From Candidatus Tenderia sp. (GTDB lineage Bacteria > Pseudomonadota > Gammaproteobacteria > Tenderiales > Tenderiaceae): a stretch of DNA of 34,668 bases. Positions 20,593 to 30,140 of this stretch are shown here, piece after piece (the first letter of the stretch is position 1; each line of letters begins with the position of its first letter). The stretch is taken from positions 1 to 34,668 of the forward strand of contig JASBUE010000169.1 in assembly GCA_030148045.1 (NCBI GenBank), in the 5' to 3' direction. The notes beneath the pieces were generated by a model that saw only the letters and a program-made list of their open reading frames with translations, was not told where the DNA came from and ran no database searches. Position numbers and translations under genes: made by a program.

Positions 20593-22665
20593 CTAACTTT
20601 CCGATAGCTCATTGAGCAAGGCCTGTTGGGCGGAGAAGGGTTCCTCCCCTTCCGCCATTTGCGGCAGGGCGTAACTGCCGTCGGCGCTGAGAATCCAGGC
20701 CTGGGTATTATCTTTTAGATACCAGGCCAGATCTTGCTTGACCCGTTCGCGCAGCGTCTTGTTCTCAATGGGAAAACAGATCTCGACACGGCGGAACATG
20801 TTGCGCTCCATCCAGTCTGCGCTAGAGGCGTACACCTCTTCCCCACCGCCGTTGGCGAAATAGAATACCCGGGTGTGTTCCAGAAAACGACCGATGACCG
20901 AGCGCACCCGGATGTTTTCCGAAACACCGGGCATGCCGGGGCGCAGACGGCACATGCCGCGCACGATCAGGTCGATCTCCACACCCGCCTGCGAGGCGCG
21001 GTAAAGGGCCTGGATCAACTGGGGGTCGATCAGGGCATTGACCTTGACGATAACACGCCCTCCCCGCCCTTCTCGGACATGGACAATCTCGCGCTCGATC
21101 TTATCCAGCATGGCCTGGTGCAGCGTAAAAGGGGAATGCAGCAGGCGGTTCATCTTGGCCACCTTACCCAGGCTGGTGAGCTGGTTGAAGACCTTGTGCA
21201 CGTCCTGGCCGATGGCCTTGTTGCAGCTCATCAGCCCATAGTCGGTATAGATACGCGCCGTGCGCGGATGGTAATTGCCCGTCCCCAGGTGCACATAATG
21301 GCGCAGCCGCTTGCCCTCGCGGCGCACCACCAGGATCATCTTGGCGTGGGTCTTGTAACCCACCACCCCGTAGACCACGTGGGCGCCGGCACGCTGCAGG
21401 CGCGTCGCCAGGGCTACGTTGGCCTCCTCGTCGAAACGCGCCATCAATTCGATGACCACCGTCACCTCCTTGCCGGCATGGGCCGCCGCCACCAGGGCAT
21501 CGACGACCGCCGACTGCGGCCCGGTACGGTAGAGTGTCTGCTTGATCGCCAGCACGTGCGGATCCTCCGCCGCCTGCCTCAGGAAATCGACCACCGGCAG
21601 AAAGGATTCAAACGGCAGATGCAGCAACACGTCACGCTTGGCGATGGCCTTGAAGATATCCTTGCCGGCCAGCTGCTGGGGCAGGCGCGGCGTAAAGGAG
21701 GGATACTTGAGGTCGGGACGGTCCACCAGTTCGCAGACCTCGGCCAGCCGGTTGAGATTGACCGGGCCATTGACCTGATAGACATCCACATCCGCCAGCA
21801 CGAACTGGTCCTGCAGGAACTTGACCTGTTCCTGCGGGCAGTTATGGGCCACCTCCAGCCGCACCAGATCGCCGTAGTTGCGCGTCAGCAGCTCCCCCTC
21901 CACGGCACGCAGCAGATCGTCGATTTCCTCTTCGTCGACAAACAGTTCACTGTTGCGGGTGACACGGAACTGGTACAGGCCCTCGACCTTCATGCCGTGG
22001 AACAGCACGTCGGCAAAGGCGTGCATCACGGAAGAGAGAAAAACGAAATCGTACGGTCCGCTGTCGGTCTCGTCGGCCGGCAACTGGATCACCCGCGGCA
22101 GCGAGCGCGGCGCCGAGATCACCGCCAGGCCGCTGTTGCGGCCGAAAGCGTCCTTGCCCGTCAGTGCGACGATAAAGTTGAGGCTCTTGTTGAGGATGCG
22201 CGGAAAGGGATGGGCCGGGTCCAGCCCCATGGGACTCAGTACCGGCTGCAGGGATTCGTTGAAGTATCTGCGCAGCCAGCGCCGCTGCGATGCATTCCAG
22301 TCGTCGCGGCGAATGAAGCGGATACCCTGCGCTTCGAGAAGAGGAAACATGATGTCGTTGAGGACGCGGTATTGTTCATCCACCAGGTCGTGTGCTCGCA
22401 GACTGATCTCCTTGAGCACTTCCTGCGCCGTCATGTTATCCGGCCCGCTCTCCATGGCGCCAAGACCGGCCTTCTGTTTCAGGCCGGCGACGCGGACTTC
22501 GAAGAACTCATCCAGGTTGGTACTGGAAATACAGAGGAAACGGATCCGCTCGAGCAGCGGTACACGTTCATCCTTGGCCTGCTCCAGGACGCGGCGGTTG
22601 AATTCGAGCAGACTCAGCTCGCGGTTGACATACAGCTCGGGTTGCTTGAGATCGATTTCGTCCAT
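20593..22665 (-). CDS. ppk: polyphosphate kinase 1
   Basis: 690 aa; YVNRELSLLEFNRRVLEQA, FLCISSTNLDEFFEVRV, KTHAKMILVVRRE and LGTGNYH motifs. Confidence 0.95.
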   Translation of the reverse strand: MDEIDLKQPELYVNRELSLLEFNRRVLEQAKDERVPLLERIRFLCISSTNLDEFFEVRVAGLKQKAGLGAMESGPDNMTAQEVLKEISLRAHDLVDEQYRVLNDIMFPLLEAQGIRFIRRDDWNASQRRWLRRYFNESLQPVLSPMGLDPAHPFPRILNKSLNFIVALTGKDAFGRNSGLAVISAPRSLPRVIQLPADETDSGPYDFVFLSSVMHAFADVLFHGMKVEGLYQFRVTRNSELFVDEEEIDDLLRAVEGELLTRNYGDLVRLEVAHNCPQEQVKFLQDQFVLADVDVYQVNGPVNLNRLAEVCELVDRPDLKYPSFTPRLPQQLAGKDIFKAIAKRDVLLHLPFESFLPVVDFLRQAAEDPHVLAIKQTLYRTGPQSAVVDALVAAAHAGKEVTVVIELMARFDEEANVALATRLQRAGAHVVYGVVGYKTHAKMILVVRREGKRLRHYVHLGTGNYHPRTARIYTDYGLMSCNKAIGQDVHKVFNQLTSLGKVAKMNRLLHSPFTLHQAMLDKIEREIVHVREGRGGRVIVKVNALIDPQLIQALYRASQAGVEIDLIVRGMCRLRPGMPGVSENIRVRSVIGRFLEHTRVFYFANGGGEEVYASSADWMERNMFRRVEICFPIENKTLRERVKQDLAWYLKDNTQAWILSADGSYALPQMAEGEEPFSAQQALLNELSES

Positions 22666-22751
22666 AACGGGGAGTTTGTCTTGTTATGAATCGATCTTAG
22701 CACACGCAGGGCGCAAGAATTATGACAGTTGTCAAGGCGAGCGCTGGCCGC

Positions 22752-23156
22752 CTAATAGCCCCACTTCTTGAAACGCTTGTCCCATTTTTTAAAGCGTTTA
22801 CGACAATATTTATCCAGCGCCGCGTCATCCTCGAAGAACAGCTCAAACCCCTCCTGGGCCGGTACGTCGAATTCGCAAAAATCGTTGTCGTATTCGCGGC
22901 AGATGCGCGGGCGCCGCTCGTAGATGGCGCAGCCGCCGCCCGGCAACAGGTGGCGGCAGGGTTGATTGAACAGCAGGAACCAGCCGTCTTCGTCCTTGTA
23001 GGCCTGCACCTCGCGATGCGAGAGCTGCCAGAGGATGAAATCGAAGTCCTTCATGGAGCGTGGCGTGTCGATCTGCTGCGTGACATAGGTACAGCAGATG
23101 GAGCCCTTGCAGAAACTGCATTTGTTTTCCGGGGTGATTTTAATCTTTTCGGCCAT
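22752..23156 (-). CDS. YkgJ-family cysteine-cluster (UPF0153) protein
   Basis: CSFCKGSICC (CxxCxxxCC) plus a C..LLPGGGCAIYERRP..CREY motif. The likely start is the ATG at 23156 (MAEKIKI). Confidence 0.75.
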   Translation of the reverse strand: MAEKIKITPENKCSFCKGSICCTYVTQQIDTPRSMKDFDFILWQLSHREVQAYKDEDGWFLLFNQPCRHLLPGGGCAIYERRPRICREYDNDFCEFDVPAQEGFELFFEDDAALDKYCRKRFKKWDKRFKKWGY

Positions 23157-23175
23157 ACCTTTACCCAATCATGCT

Positions 23176-24732
23176 TCAGCGCGCGACGTCTGCATTCAGG
23201 CTGCGCGCCGCTCTCAAGCGCCAAAATGATACACCGACCAGGACCAGCGCCACTACAACCACCAGCCAGTTGCCGGTTAAGGCATACAGCGTCATTCCTG
23301 TACGGGGCTGAATGGTGGCGCTGATGCCGGCCACCTCGAACTGCGGCGCCTTTTTAATAATCCTGCCCTTTTCGTCGACGACGGCGCTGATACCGGTGTT
23401 GGTGGCGCGCAGCATGGGACGCCCCGTCTCCAAGGCCCGCATGCGCGCCATCTGCAAATGCTGCGGCGGCGCCCATGAATCATCGAACCAGGCATCATTG
23501 CTGACATTCACCAGCAGGGTGGCCTCGGGCAAGGCGTTGATGATCTCCTCGCCAAAGGCATCTTCGAAACAGATGGAGATACCGGCATATTGACCGGCGA
23601 CCTTGAGCGGCGCCTGACCGGCGCCGCCTTTGCTGAAATCGGACATGGGCACCTGCATGAAGGAAACCAGCCCGCCGAGGATGGATTTCAGCGGCAGATA
23701 TTCGGTAAAGGGCACTAGATGATTCTTGTGATAGCGCCCCCGCTCTGCCCCGATGCTCATCATGGTGTTGTAATAACGGCGCCTGTCCTTGTCGAAGCTC
23801 AGCATGCCGATCAGCATGTCGGTGTCATGCGCCTGCGCCTCGGTTTCCAGATCACGCAGAAAGATCTCGGTTTCATAGTAAAAAGCAGGCAGCGCCGTCT
23901 CCGGCCAGACGATCAGATCGGCACCCCAGTGCTGGCGCGTCAATTCAGTGTAGAGCTCGATGGTCGGGCGGCGGACATCCGGATGCCATTTCAGGTCCTG
24001 GGGAATATTGCCCTGCAGCAGGACGACATCGAGCGGCGCACCGCTGGGGCGGGTCCAATCGGCGGTGTCGGCCACGCCGGCCAGCAGCCAAAGCGACACC
24101 AGCATGGCGAGATAAAAGATCCGCCCCGCCTTGTCGAACAGCAGCCCCACCAGCAGCGCGGCGCTGAACACGACCGCCCAGGAAATCCCGTAGACCCCAA
24201 GCAAGGGCGCCAATCCCGCCAGCGGCGAATCGGTCTGGCTGTAGCCCAGGCTGAGCCAGGGGAAACCGGTCATGAACCAGCCACGCGTCCACTCCATCAA
24301 CAACCAGGCCGCCGGAAACACCAGCAGCAGTTTATAGCGCGTGGCGCGGCTCTCGAAGCCCTGGGGAAAGAAGCGCCCTAGCAGCCAACCCAGCAACGTG
24401 GGAAACAACGCCATCACCAGGATCAGCAGTAGGGTCAGAAGCAGCGACAGGACCAGCCCCACATAACCGTGATAGTGAATACTGACAAAGACCCAGCTGA
24501 TACCGACACTGAACAGGCCGAGGCCGTAAAGGAACCCACGACAGGCGGCGCGGCGCGGCGCGGAAAACAGCCACACAGCCAGCAACAGCGCGGTGGTCAA
24601 CAGCGCCAGCGGCCACCAGCCGAGCGGTGCAAAGGCCAGCGGCGTGGCCGCGCCGGCCGCCAGCGCAAGCATGTCGCCGTGCCAGGCCTGGGTCAATCGC
24701 ACAAAACGCACCGCAAACTGGTTCACAGGCAC
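23176..24732 (-). CDS. lnt: apolipoprotein N-acyltransferase
   Basis: Multi-TM N-terminal part (TPLAFAPLGWWPLALL), then a CN-hydrolase domain (VVLLQGNIPQDLKW, LIVWPETA, ISICFEDAF). GTG start at 24732, with an alternative ATG at 24672. corC-lnt synteny. Confidence 0.9.
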   Translation of the reverse strand: MPVNQFAVRFVRLTQAWHGDMLALAAGAATPLAFAPLGWWPLALLTTALLLAVWLFSAPRRAACRGFLYGLGLFSVGISWVFVSIHYHGYVGLVLSLLLTLLLILVMALFPTLLGWLLGRFFPQGFESRATRYKLLLVFPAAWLLMEWTRGWFMTGFPWLSLGYSQTDSPLAGLAPLLGVYGISWAVVFSAALLVGLLFDKAGRIFYLAMLVSLWLLAGVADTADWTRPSGAPLDVVLLQGNIPQDLKWHPDVRRPTIELYTELTRQHWGADLIVWPETALPAFYYETEIFLRDLETEAQAHDTDMLIGMLSFDKDRRRYYNTMMSIGAERGRYHKNHLVPFTEYLPLKSILGGLVSFMQVPMSDFSKGGAGQAPLKVAGQYAGISICFEDAFGEEIINALPEATLLVNVSNDAWFDDSWAPPQHLQMARMRALETGRPMLRATNTGISAVVDEKGRIIKKAPQFEVAGISATIQPRTGMTLYALTGNWLVVVVALVLVGVSFWRLRAARSLNADVAR

Positions 24733-24788
24733 CGACCTTCAGGGAATAAGATACTAACCAAAACCATCCATGGCCTGGAGGAGAACCC

Positions 24789-25685
24789 TCAGTGCCCCTG
24801 ATCCTGAACCATGGGTTGTGGTACCTGCTGATGTTGTTCCGGCACAATATTCACTTCCAGCAGATAGATGCGCCGGCTGTCGGCACTCAGAACCTTGAAA
24901 CGGTACTGGTCAATCATGACGATCTCACCCCGCACGGGCATACGACCGAAGGCCTGCATAACCAGCCCGCCCATGGTGTCGAACTCTTCGTCGCTGAATT
25001 CGGCACCGAAGTACTCATTGAAATCCTCGATCGGCGTCAGCGCCTTGATGATGTAACGATTGTCGTTCTGTCTCTTGATATGAATGTCTTCTTCGATGTC
25101 GTGCTCATCGGCGATCTCGCCGACGATCTGTTCCACCACATCCTCGATGGTAACCAGACCAGCGGCGCCGCCGAATTCGTCCACCACGATAGCCATGTGA
25201 TTGCGGTTACTGCGAAAGTCTTTGAGCAACACATTGAGGCGTTTGCTTTCCGGCACGAACACCGCCGGGCGCAACACGTCACGCACCGAGAAATCCTCAT
25301 CGTTTTCAGCAATAAAATAGGGCAGCAAATCTTTCGCCAAAATCAGCCCCACTACCTCGTCGCGGTTTTCGCCGATGACCGGAAAGCGCGAGTGGCCCGA
25401 TTCGGTGATCACCGGCAGGATCTCATCCAGGGCCATGTCCTGCTGCACCACCACCATCTGCGCCCGCGGGATCATAATCTCGCGCACCTGCATCTCCGAC
25501 ACCTGCATCACGCCTTCCATCATGGCCAGGGCATCGATATCCAACAATTGCCGCTGTTGCGCGTCACGCAACAACTCAATCAACTCGAAACGGTCTTTGG
25601 GCTCGCCCGACAACACCTGCCCCAGCCGTTCTAGCCATGAGCGGGATGCCGGGCTGCCACTCGATCGATCTTCGTTCATTGTCAT
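24789..25685 (-). CDS. corC: CBS-domain magnesium/cobalt efflux protein CorC (HlyC/CorC family)
   Basis: MMEGVMQVSEMQVREIMIPR, CBS pair, and a C-terminal CorC_HlyC domain (GGLVMQAFGRMPVRGE). Confidence 0.9.
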   Translation of the reverse strand: MTMNEDRSSGSPASRSWLERLGQVLSGEPKDRFELIELLRDAQQRQLLDIDALAMMEGVMQVSEMQVREIMIPRAQMVVVQQDMALDEILPVITESGHSRFPVIGENRDEVVGLILAKDLLPYFIAENDEDFSVRDVLRPAVFVPESKRLNVLLKDFRSNRNHMAIVVDEFGGAAGLVTIEDVVEQIVGEIADEHDIEEDIHIKRQNDNRYIIKALTPIEDFNEYFGAEFSDEEFDTMGGLVMQAFGRMPVRGEIVMIDQYRFKVLSADSRRIYLLEVNIVPEQHQQVPQPMVQDQGH

Positions 25686-25719
25686 CTTTTCCTGTGTTGA
25701 CGATAGTTGTTTTCGTTTT

Positions 25720-26202
25720 TTAATTGACGGTCTGTTGCGGCGCGTCCGCCGCGTAGGGATTGGCGATTCCCAGGCGCTGCAAAATTTCTATTTCCAGAAC
25801 TTCCATTGCTTCGGCCTCCCGCCCCTCCACATGATCATAACCCAGCAGATGCAATACGCCGTGGACCACCATGTGGGCCCAGTGGGCCTGCTCGGTCTTG
25901 CCCTGTTCGCGCGCCTCACGCGCCACCACGGCGGCACAGATCACCACATCGCCGAGCAGCGGCAAGTCAACGCCGGTGGGTGTTTCGAAGGGAAAGGAGA
26001 GTACATTGGTGGCTTTGTCCTGATGACGATAGTTGCGGTTAAGCCGTTGAATCTCATCCATATCGACGATGCGCACTGTCAGCTCGGCCACCTCACGCCG
26101 GCCCTGTAGTGCCGCCTCGACCCAGCCGCGGATCAATACCGGACTGGGAGGTTCGCCGTCGTCTTCACTGACGGCATACTGAACATCAAGGTCAATGTTC
26201 AT
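25720..26202 (-). CDS. ybeY: rRNA maturation endoribonuclease YbeY
   Basis: The zinc motif [11 protein letters not shown] is diagnostic. The start was moved to the ATG at 26202 (MNIDLDV); it overlaps the phoH stop by 11 nt. Confidence 0.92.
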   Translation of the reverse strand: MNIDLDVQYAVSEDDGEPPSPVLIRGWVEAALQGRREVAELTVRIVDMDEIQRLNRNYRHQDKATNVLSFPFETPTGVDLPLLGDVVICAAVVAREAREQGKTEQAHWAHMVVHGVLHLLGYDHVEGREAEAMEVLEIEILQRLGIANPYAADAPQQTVN

Positions 26203-27208
26203 GCTTCTTCTCTGACGTTTCTCTGGCGGGGTGTTTCCGGTCATGGACGTCATAGGCCTGCACGATGCGCTGCACCAAGGCGTGGCGCACCACATCCTTG
26301 GCCTTGAAAAAGGTGAAACTGATGCCGTCAACCCCTGCCAGCACCTCCACCGCATGGCGCAGACCGGAGGCCACGCCACGCGGCAGATCCACCTGGGTCA
26401 CATCCCCGGTGATGATGGCCTTGGAGTTGAAACCGATACGGGTGAGAAACATCTTCATCTGTTCACGCGTGGTGTTCTGCGCCTCATCCAGAATGACGAA
26501 GGCGTCATTGAGAGTGCGGCCGCGCATATAGGCCAGCGGCGCGATCTCGATGACGTGACGCTCCATCAACTTGGCCACCCGTTCGAAGCCCAGCATCTCA
26601 TACAGGGCGTCGTACAGGGGCCTCAGATAGGGATCGATCTTTTGCGCCAGATCCCCCGGCAGAAAGCCGAGCCGCTCGCCGGCCTCGACCGCGGGACGGG
26701 TGAGGATGATGCGCTGCACCTGTTCCTGCTCCAGCGCCTCCACGGCGCAGGCCACGGCCAGATAGGTCTTGCCCGTACCCGCCGGTCCGACACCGAAATT
26801 GACATCATGACTGCGGATATTATGCAGGTAACGCAGCTGATTGGTGCCGCGCCCCTTGATGGCGGCACGTGGTGTCTTGACCAGCGCCGTTTCCACCCCC
26901 TTGACCTCCGCCGGGACCTCCACCTCAATGGCACTCGCTTTCTGCTGCAGCATCAGGTGTACATTCTCAGGGGTCACGACTTCGCGGTCGGTAGTGGCGT
27001 ACAGCTCCCGGATGACATGTTCCGCCACTTTCACCGGCTCATTGTCGTCACCGATGATACGAAACAGATTGCCGCGGTTATTAATCTCCACGCCCAGGCG
27101 TTGTTCCATTTGACGCAGGTGTTCATCGAACTTGCCACACAGATTGGCCAGGCGTTGATTGTCGACGGGCTCGAGGAGAAAATCGGAAGATGTGGGTTGT
27201 CCGTTCAA
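26192..27208 (-). CDS. ybeZ: PhoH-like ATPase (YbeZ)
   Basis: Walker [33 protein letters not shown] and [11 protein letters not shown]; miaB-ybeZ-ybeY-corC-lnt operon order. Confidence 0.92.
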   Translation of the reverse strand: MNGQPTSSDFLLEPVDNQRLANLCGKFDEHLRQMEQRLGVEINNRGNLFRIIGDDNEPVKVAEHVIRELYATTDREVVTPENVHLMLQQKASAIEVEVPAEVKGVETALVKTPRAAIKGRGTNQLRYLHNIRSHDVNFGVGPAGTGKTYLAVACAVEALEQEQVQRIILTRPAVEAGERLGFLPGDLAQKIDPYLRPLYDALYEMLGFERVAKLMERHVIEIAPLAYMRGRTLNDAFVILDEAQNTTREQMKMFLTRIGFNSKAIITGDVTQVDLPRGVASGLRHAVEVLAGVDGISFTFFKAKDVVRHALVQRIVQAYDVHDRKHPARETSEKKHEH

Positions 27209-27274
27209 AACGTTTTGGAGCCGTTTATCCTAGAGAATGACGTATGAGTGGAGATATGACGCAATATGGAAAGG

Positions 27275-28636
27275 CTATGCGCAGCGGGCGACATTCGATT
27301 TTGATTCAGCGATCTCAACAAATTCACCACGGAGTGAGTTGGGCAATGCCTCTGTAATCCAAACATTGACGAACTTACCTATAATATCGGTCTCCGCGGC
27401 GAAATTTACAACCCCGTTATTCTCGGTGCGGCCGGCGAACATTGAGGCATCTTTGGTAGATGTCCGTTCCACAAGGATTTTTTGCACTGTGCCCACCATA
27501 CCCTGACTGATTTCCATGGTCATTTCATTGATCCGCGCCTGCAACCGTGCAAGACGCGCCTGCTTCAGCTCGTAGGGCACATCGTCCACCAGACTCGCCG
27601 CCGGCGTTCCCGGCCGCGCGCTGTAGATGAAACTGAAGGAACGGTCGTACCCCACCTCCTCGATCAGCTGCATGGTGGCCTCGAAATCGGCATCCGACTC
27701 ACCGGGAAAACCGATAATAAAATCAGATGACATGCTGATGTCGGGGCGCACCTCGCGCAAACGGCGGATAATGGATTTGTACTCCAGCACCGTGTGACCA
27801 CGCTTCATCAGCGCCAAAATGCGGTCCGAACCGCTCTGCACCGGCAGATGCAGGTGGCTGACCAGCTCGGGCACTTCGGCATAGGCCTGGATCAGGCTGT
27901 CGTGCATCTCCAGCGGATGGGAAGTGGTGTAACGGATACGGTCGATGCCGTCGATGGCGGCGACGTAATGGATCAACAACCCCAGGTCGGCGAGATCGCC
28001 GTCGTGCATCACACCGCGATAGGCATTGACGTTCTGGCCGAGCAGATTGACCTCGCGCACCCCCTGCTGGGCCAGGGCCGCCACCTCGGTGATAACGTCA
28101 TCGAAAGGGCGGCTGATCTCCTCGCCACGGGTATAGGGCACCACGCAGAAGGTGCAGTATTTACTGCAGCCCTCCATGATGGAGACAAACGCGGTCGGCC
28201 CTTCGGCGCGCGGCGCGGGCAGGCGGTCGAACTTTTCGATCTCGGGAAAGGAGATATCGATCAGCGGCGCCCGCTTGCGGCGCACGCCGTCGATCATCTC
28301 GGGCAACCGGTGCAAGGTCTGGGGTCCGAACACCACGTCCACGTAAGGTGCGCGACTGCGGATGGCCTCCCCTTCCTGGCTGGCGACGCAACCGCCCACA
28401 CCGATGACCAGGTCGGGACGAGCCTGCTTCCACTCGCGCCACACGCCGAGCTGGGAAAAGACCTTTTCCTGTGCCTTTTCGCGGATAGAACAGGTGTTGA
28501 GCAACAGCACATCCGCCTGTTCCGGCCGATCGGTCAGCACCAGGCCGTGGGAGTCGCGCAGCAGGTCCGCCATCTTGGATGAATCGTATTCATTCATCTG
28601 GCAGCCGTAGGTCTTGATGAAAAGCTTCTGTTCCAT
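27275..28636 (-). CDS. miaB: tRNA-2-methylthio-N6-dimethylallyladenosine synthase
   Basis: [19 protein letters not shown], radical-SAM [12 protein letters not shown]-terminal TRAM domain. Confidence 0.95.
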   Translation of the reverse strand: MEQKLFIKTYGCQMNEYDSSKMADLLRDSHGLVLTDRPEQADVLLLNTCSIREKAQEKVFSQLGVWREWKQARPDLVIGVGGCVASQEGEAIRSRAPYVDVVFGPQTLHRLPEMIDGVRRKRAPLIDISFPEIEKFDRLPAPRAEGPTAFVSIMEGCSKYCTFCVVPYTRGEEISRPFDDVITEVAALAQQGVREVNLLGQNVNAYRGVMHDGDLADLGLLIHYVAAIDGIDRIRYTTSHPLEMHDSLIQAYAEVPELVSHLHLPVQSGSDRILALMKRGHTVLEYKSIIRRLREVRPDISMSSDFIIGFPGESDADFEATMQLIEEVGYDRSFSFIYSARPGTPAASLVDDVPYELKQARLARLQARINEMTMEISQGMVGTVQKILVERTSTKDASMFAGRTENNGVVNFAAETDIIGKFVNVWITEALPNSLRGEFVEIAESKSNVARCA

Positions 28637-28696
28637 GTCTTCAGCGATTTAAACCGAAAGGGAGGCGGATTTTAGCATTTTTCGCCCCCTGCAACC

Positions 28697-28719
28697 AAAA
28701 AAGCCCGCCAGGGGCGGGC
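28697..28719 (-). terminator. rho-independent terminator downstream of amt
   Basis: On the minus strand GCCCGCC-CCT-GGCGGGC (7-bp stem) is followed by TTTTTT, 29 nt after the amt stop. Confidence 0.6.
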
Positions 28720-28747
28720 CTTCCGGTCGGCATTGACCCGATCCGCG

Positions 28748-29941
28748 TCAGTCGTACTTGGGATTGGCGGCGATTTTATGGATACTGATATCGGCCCCCT
28801 CGTACTCCTCTTCCTGGCTCAGGCGCAGGCCGACCACCTGCTTCAGCACGCCATAGACGACAAAACCACCGCCCAAGGCCACCACCACGCCGAGCAGCGT
28901 ACCGACCAACTGGGACATGAAACTGACACCGCCCATGCCGCCCAGCACCGTGGCACCAAAGACACCGGTTGCCAGCCCACCCCAGACCCCGCAGAGCCCG
29001 TGCAGCGGCCAGACGCCCAGTACGTCGTCGATCTTCCAGCGATTCTGGGTCAGGGTGAAGGTCCAAACGAACAGCGCCCCGGCCACCAGGCCGATGAATA
29101 GTGCCCCGAGCGGATGGACCACATCGGAGCCGGCACAGATGGCCACCAGCCCGGCCAACGGACCGTTGTGGACAAAACCCGGGTCGAAGCGGCCCACGAA
29201 CAAGGCCGCCAGCACACCGCCGGCCATAGCCATGAGCGAATTCAAGGCCACCAGCCCACTGACCCCTTCCACCGACTGGGCCGACATGACGTTGAAGCCG
29301 AACCAGCCTACCGTCAGTATCCATGCCCCCAAGGACAGAAACGGTATGCTCGAAGGCGGGTGGGCGAACATCACACCGTCCTTGCCGTAACGGCCGTGGC
29401 GCGGCCCCAACAACAGCACCGCCGCCAAGGCGATCCAACCGCCCACGGTGTGCACCACAACGGAGCCGGCGAAGTCATGAAAAGCGGCGCCGAAGCTTGC
29501 CTCCAGCCAGGCCTGTATCCCGAGATTGCCGTTCCAGGTGATGCCCTCGAAAAAGGGATAGATGAAGCCCACTAATAGGAACGTCGCCGCCAGCTGCGGA
29601 TTGAAGCGGGCGCGTTCGGCGATGCCGCCGGAGACAATGGCCGGGATGGCGGCAGCGAAGGTGAGCAGGAAGAAGAACTTGACCAGCTCATAACCGTTCT
29701 TGTCCGTCAGCGCCGGGGCCGCCTCGAAAAACGACACGCCGTAGGCCACACTGTAGCCGATGAAAAAATAGGCGATGGTGGAGATGGAGAAATCACCGAT
29801 GATCTTGACCAGCGCGTTGACTTGGTTCTTGTGCCGCACCGTGCCCACCTCGAGAAAGGCGAAACCCGCGTGCATGGCCAGCACCATCACGGCCCCCATC
29901 AACAAAAAGACTACGTCGCTGCCGGATTGAAAGGCTTCCAT
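28748..29941 (-). CDS. amt: ammonium transporter (Amt family)
   Basis: LLMGAVMVLAMHAGFAFLEVGTVR, VVHTVGGW and VHPLGAL..G.VAG motifs, about 11 TM helices, AAGGAG 5 nt upstream of the ATG. Confidence 0.92.
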   Translation of the reverse strand: MEAFQSGSDVVFLLMGAVMVLAMHAGFAFLEVGTVRHKNQVNALVKIIGDFSISTIAYFFIGYSVAYGVSFFEAAPALTDKNGYELVKFFFLLTFAAAIPAIVSGGIAERARFNPQLAATFLLVGFIYPFFEGITWNGNLGIQAWLEASFGAAFHDFAGSVVVHTVGGWIALAAVLLLGPRHGRYGKDGVMFAHPPSSIPFLSLGAWILTVGWFGFNVMSAQSVEGVSGLVALNSLMAMAGGVLAALFVGRFDPGFVHNGPLAGLVAICAGSDVVHPLGALFIGLVAGALFVWTFTLTQNRWKIDDVLGVWPLHGLCGVWGGLATGVFGATVLGGMGGVSFMSQLVGTLLGVVVALGGGFVVYGVLKQVVGLRLSQEEEYEGADISIHKIAANPKYD

Positions 29942-29985
29942 CTGTGCTCCTTATGATTTGTGACCAAAATTTAGCCTGAACCCTT

Positions 29986-30002
29986 AGCAAGAAACGCACC
30001 AA
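29986..30002 (-). promoter_or_regulatory. sigma54 (-24/-12) type promoter candidate for amt
   Basis: The minus strand reads TTGGTGCGTTTCTTGCT against the consensus YTGGCACGRNNNTTGCW. The invariant GG and GC are correctly spaced. It lies about 45-60 nt upstream of the amt ATG. Confidence 0.5.
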
Positions 30003-30064
30003 TATTGTGCAGCGCAATAAAAACAGTGACTTATAAAATTTCAATATCAATACAGAGCACTATC

Positions 30065-30081
30065 AGCACTATTATGGTGCA
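30065..30081. promoter_or_regulatory. NtrC-like enhancer site upstream of amt
   Basis: AGCACTATTATGGTGCA matches the TGCACCAAAATGGTGCA-type consensus at 13/17. A second look-alike, TGCACAATATTGGTGCG (minus strand, 29995-30011), overlaps the -24 element. Further GGTGC/GCACC half-sites lie at 30106-30122. Confidence 0.4.
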
Positions 30082-30140
30082 CTCAGAACCGGAACGCTCA
30101 ATATAGGTGCGCCTCTGCACCAATACACATCAGCCATCCG

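Noticed and set aside
20734-22689. 651-aa ORF on the plus strand opposite ppk1. Similar long antisense ORFs occur at 7622..8866 (+), 3192..4271 (+), 26231..27247 (+), 24792..25634 (+), 19097..20062 (-), 126..932 (-), 2202..3071 (+) and 11939..12835 (+).
   Set aside because: These are typical shadow ORFs of GC-rich DNA. Each lies antisense to a gene with unmistakable family motifs. Their translations are low-complexity (rich in R/G/H/Q/A) with no recognisable domains.
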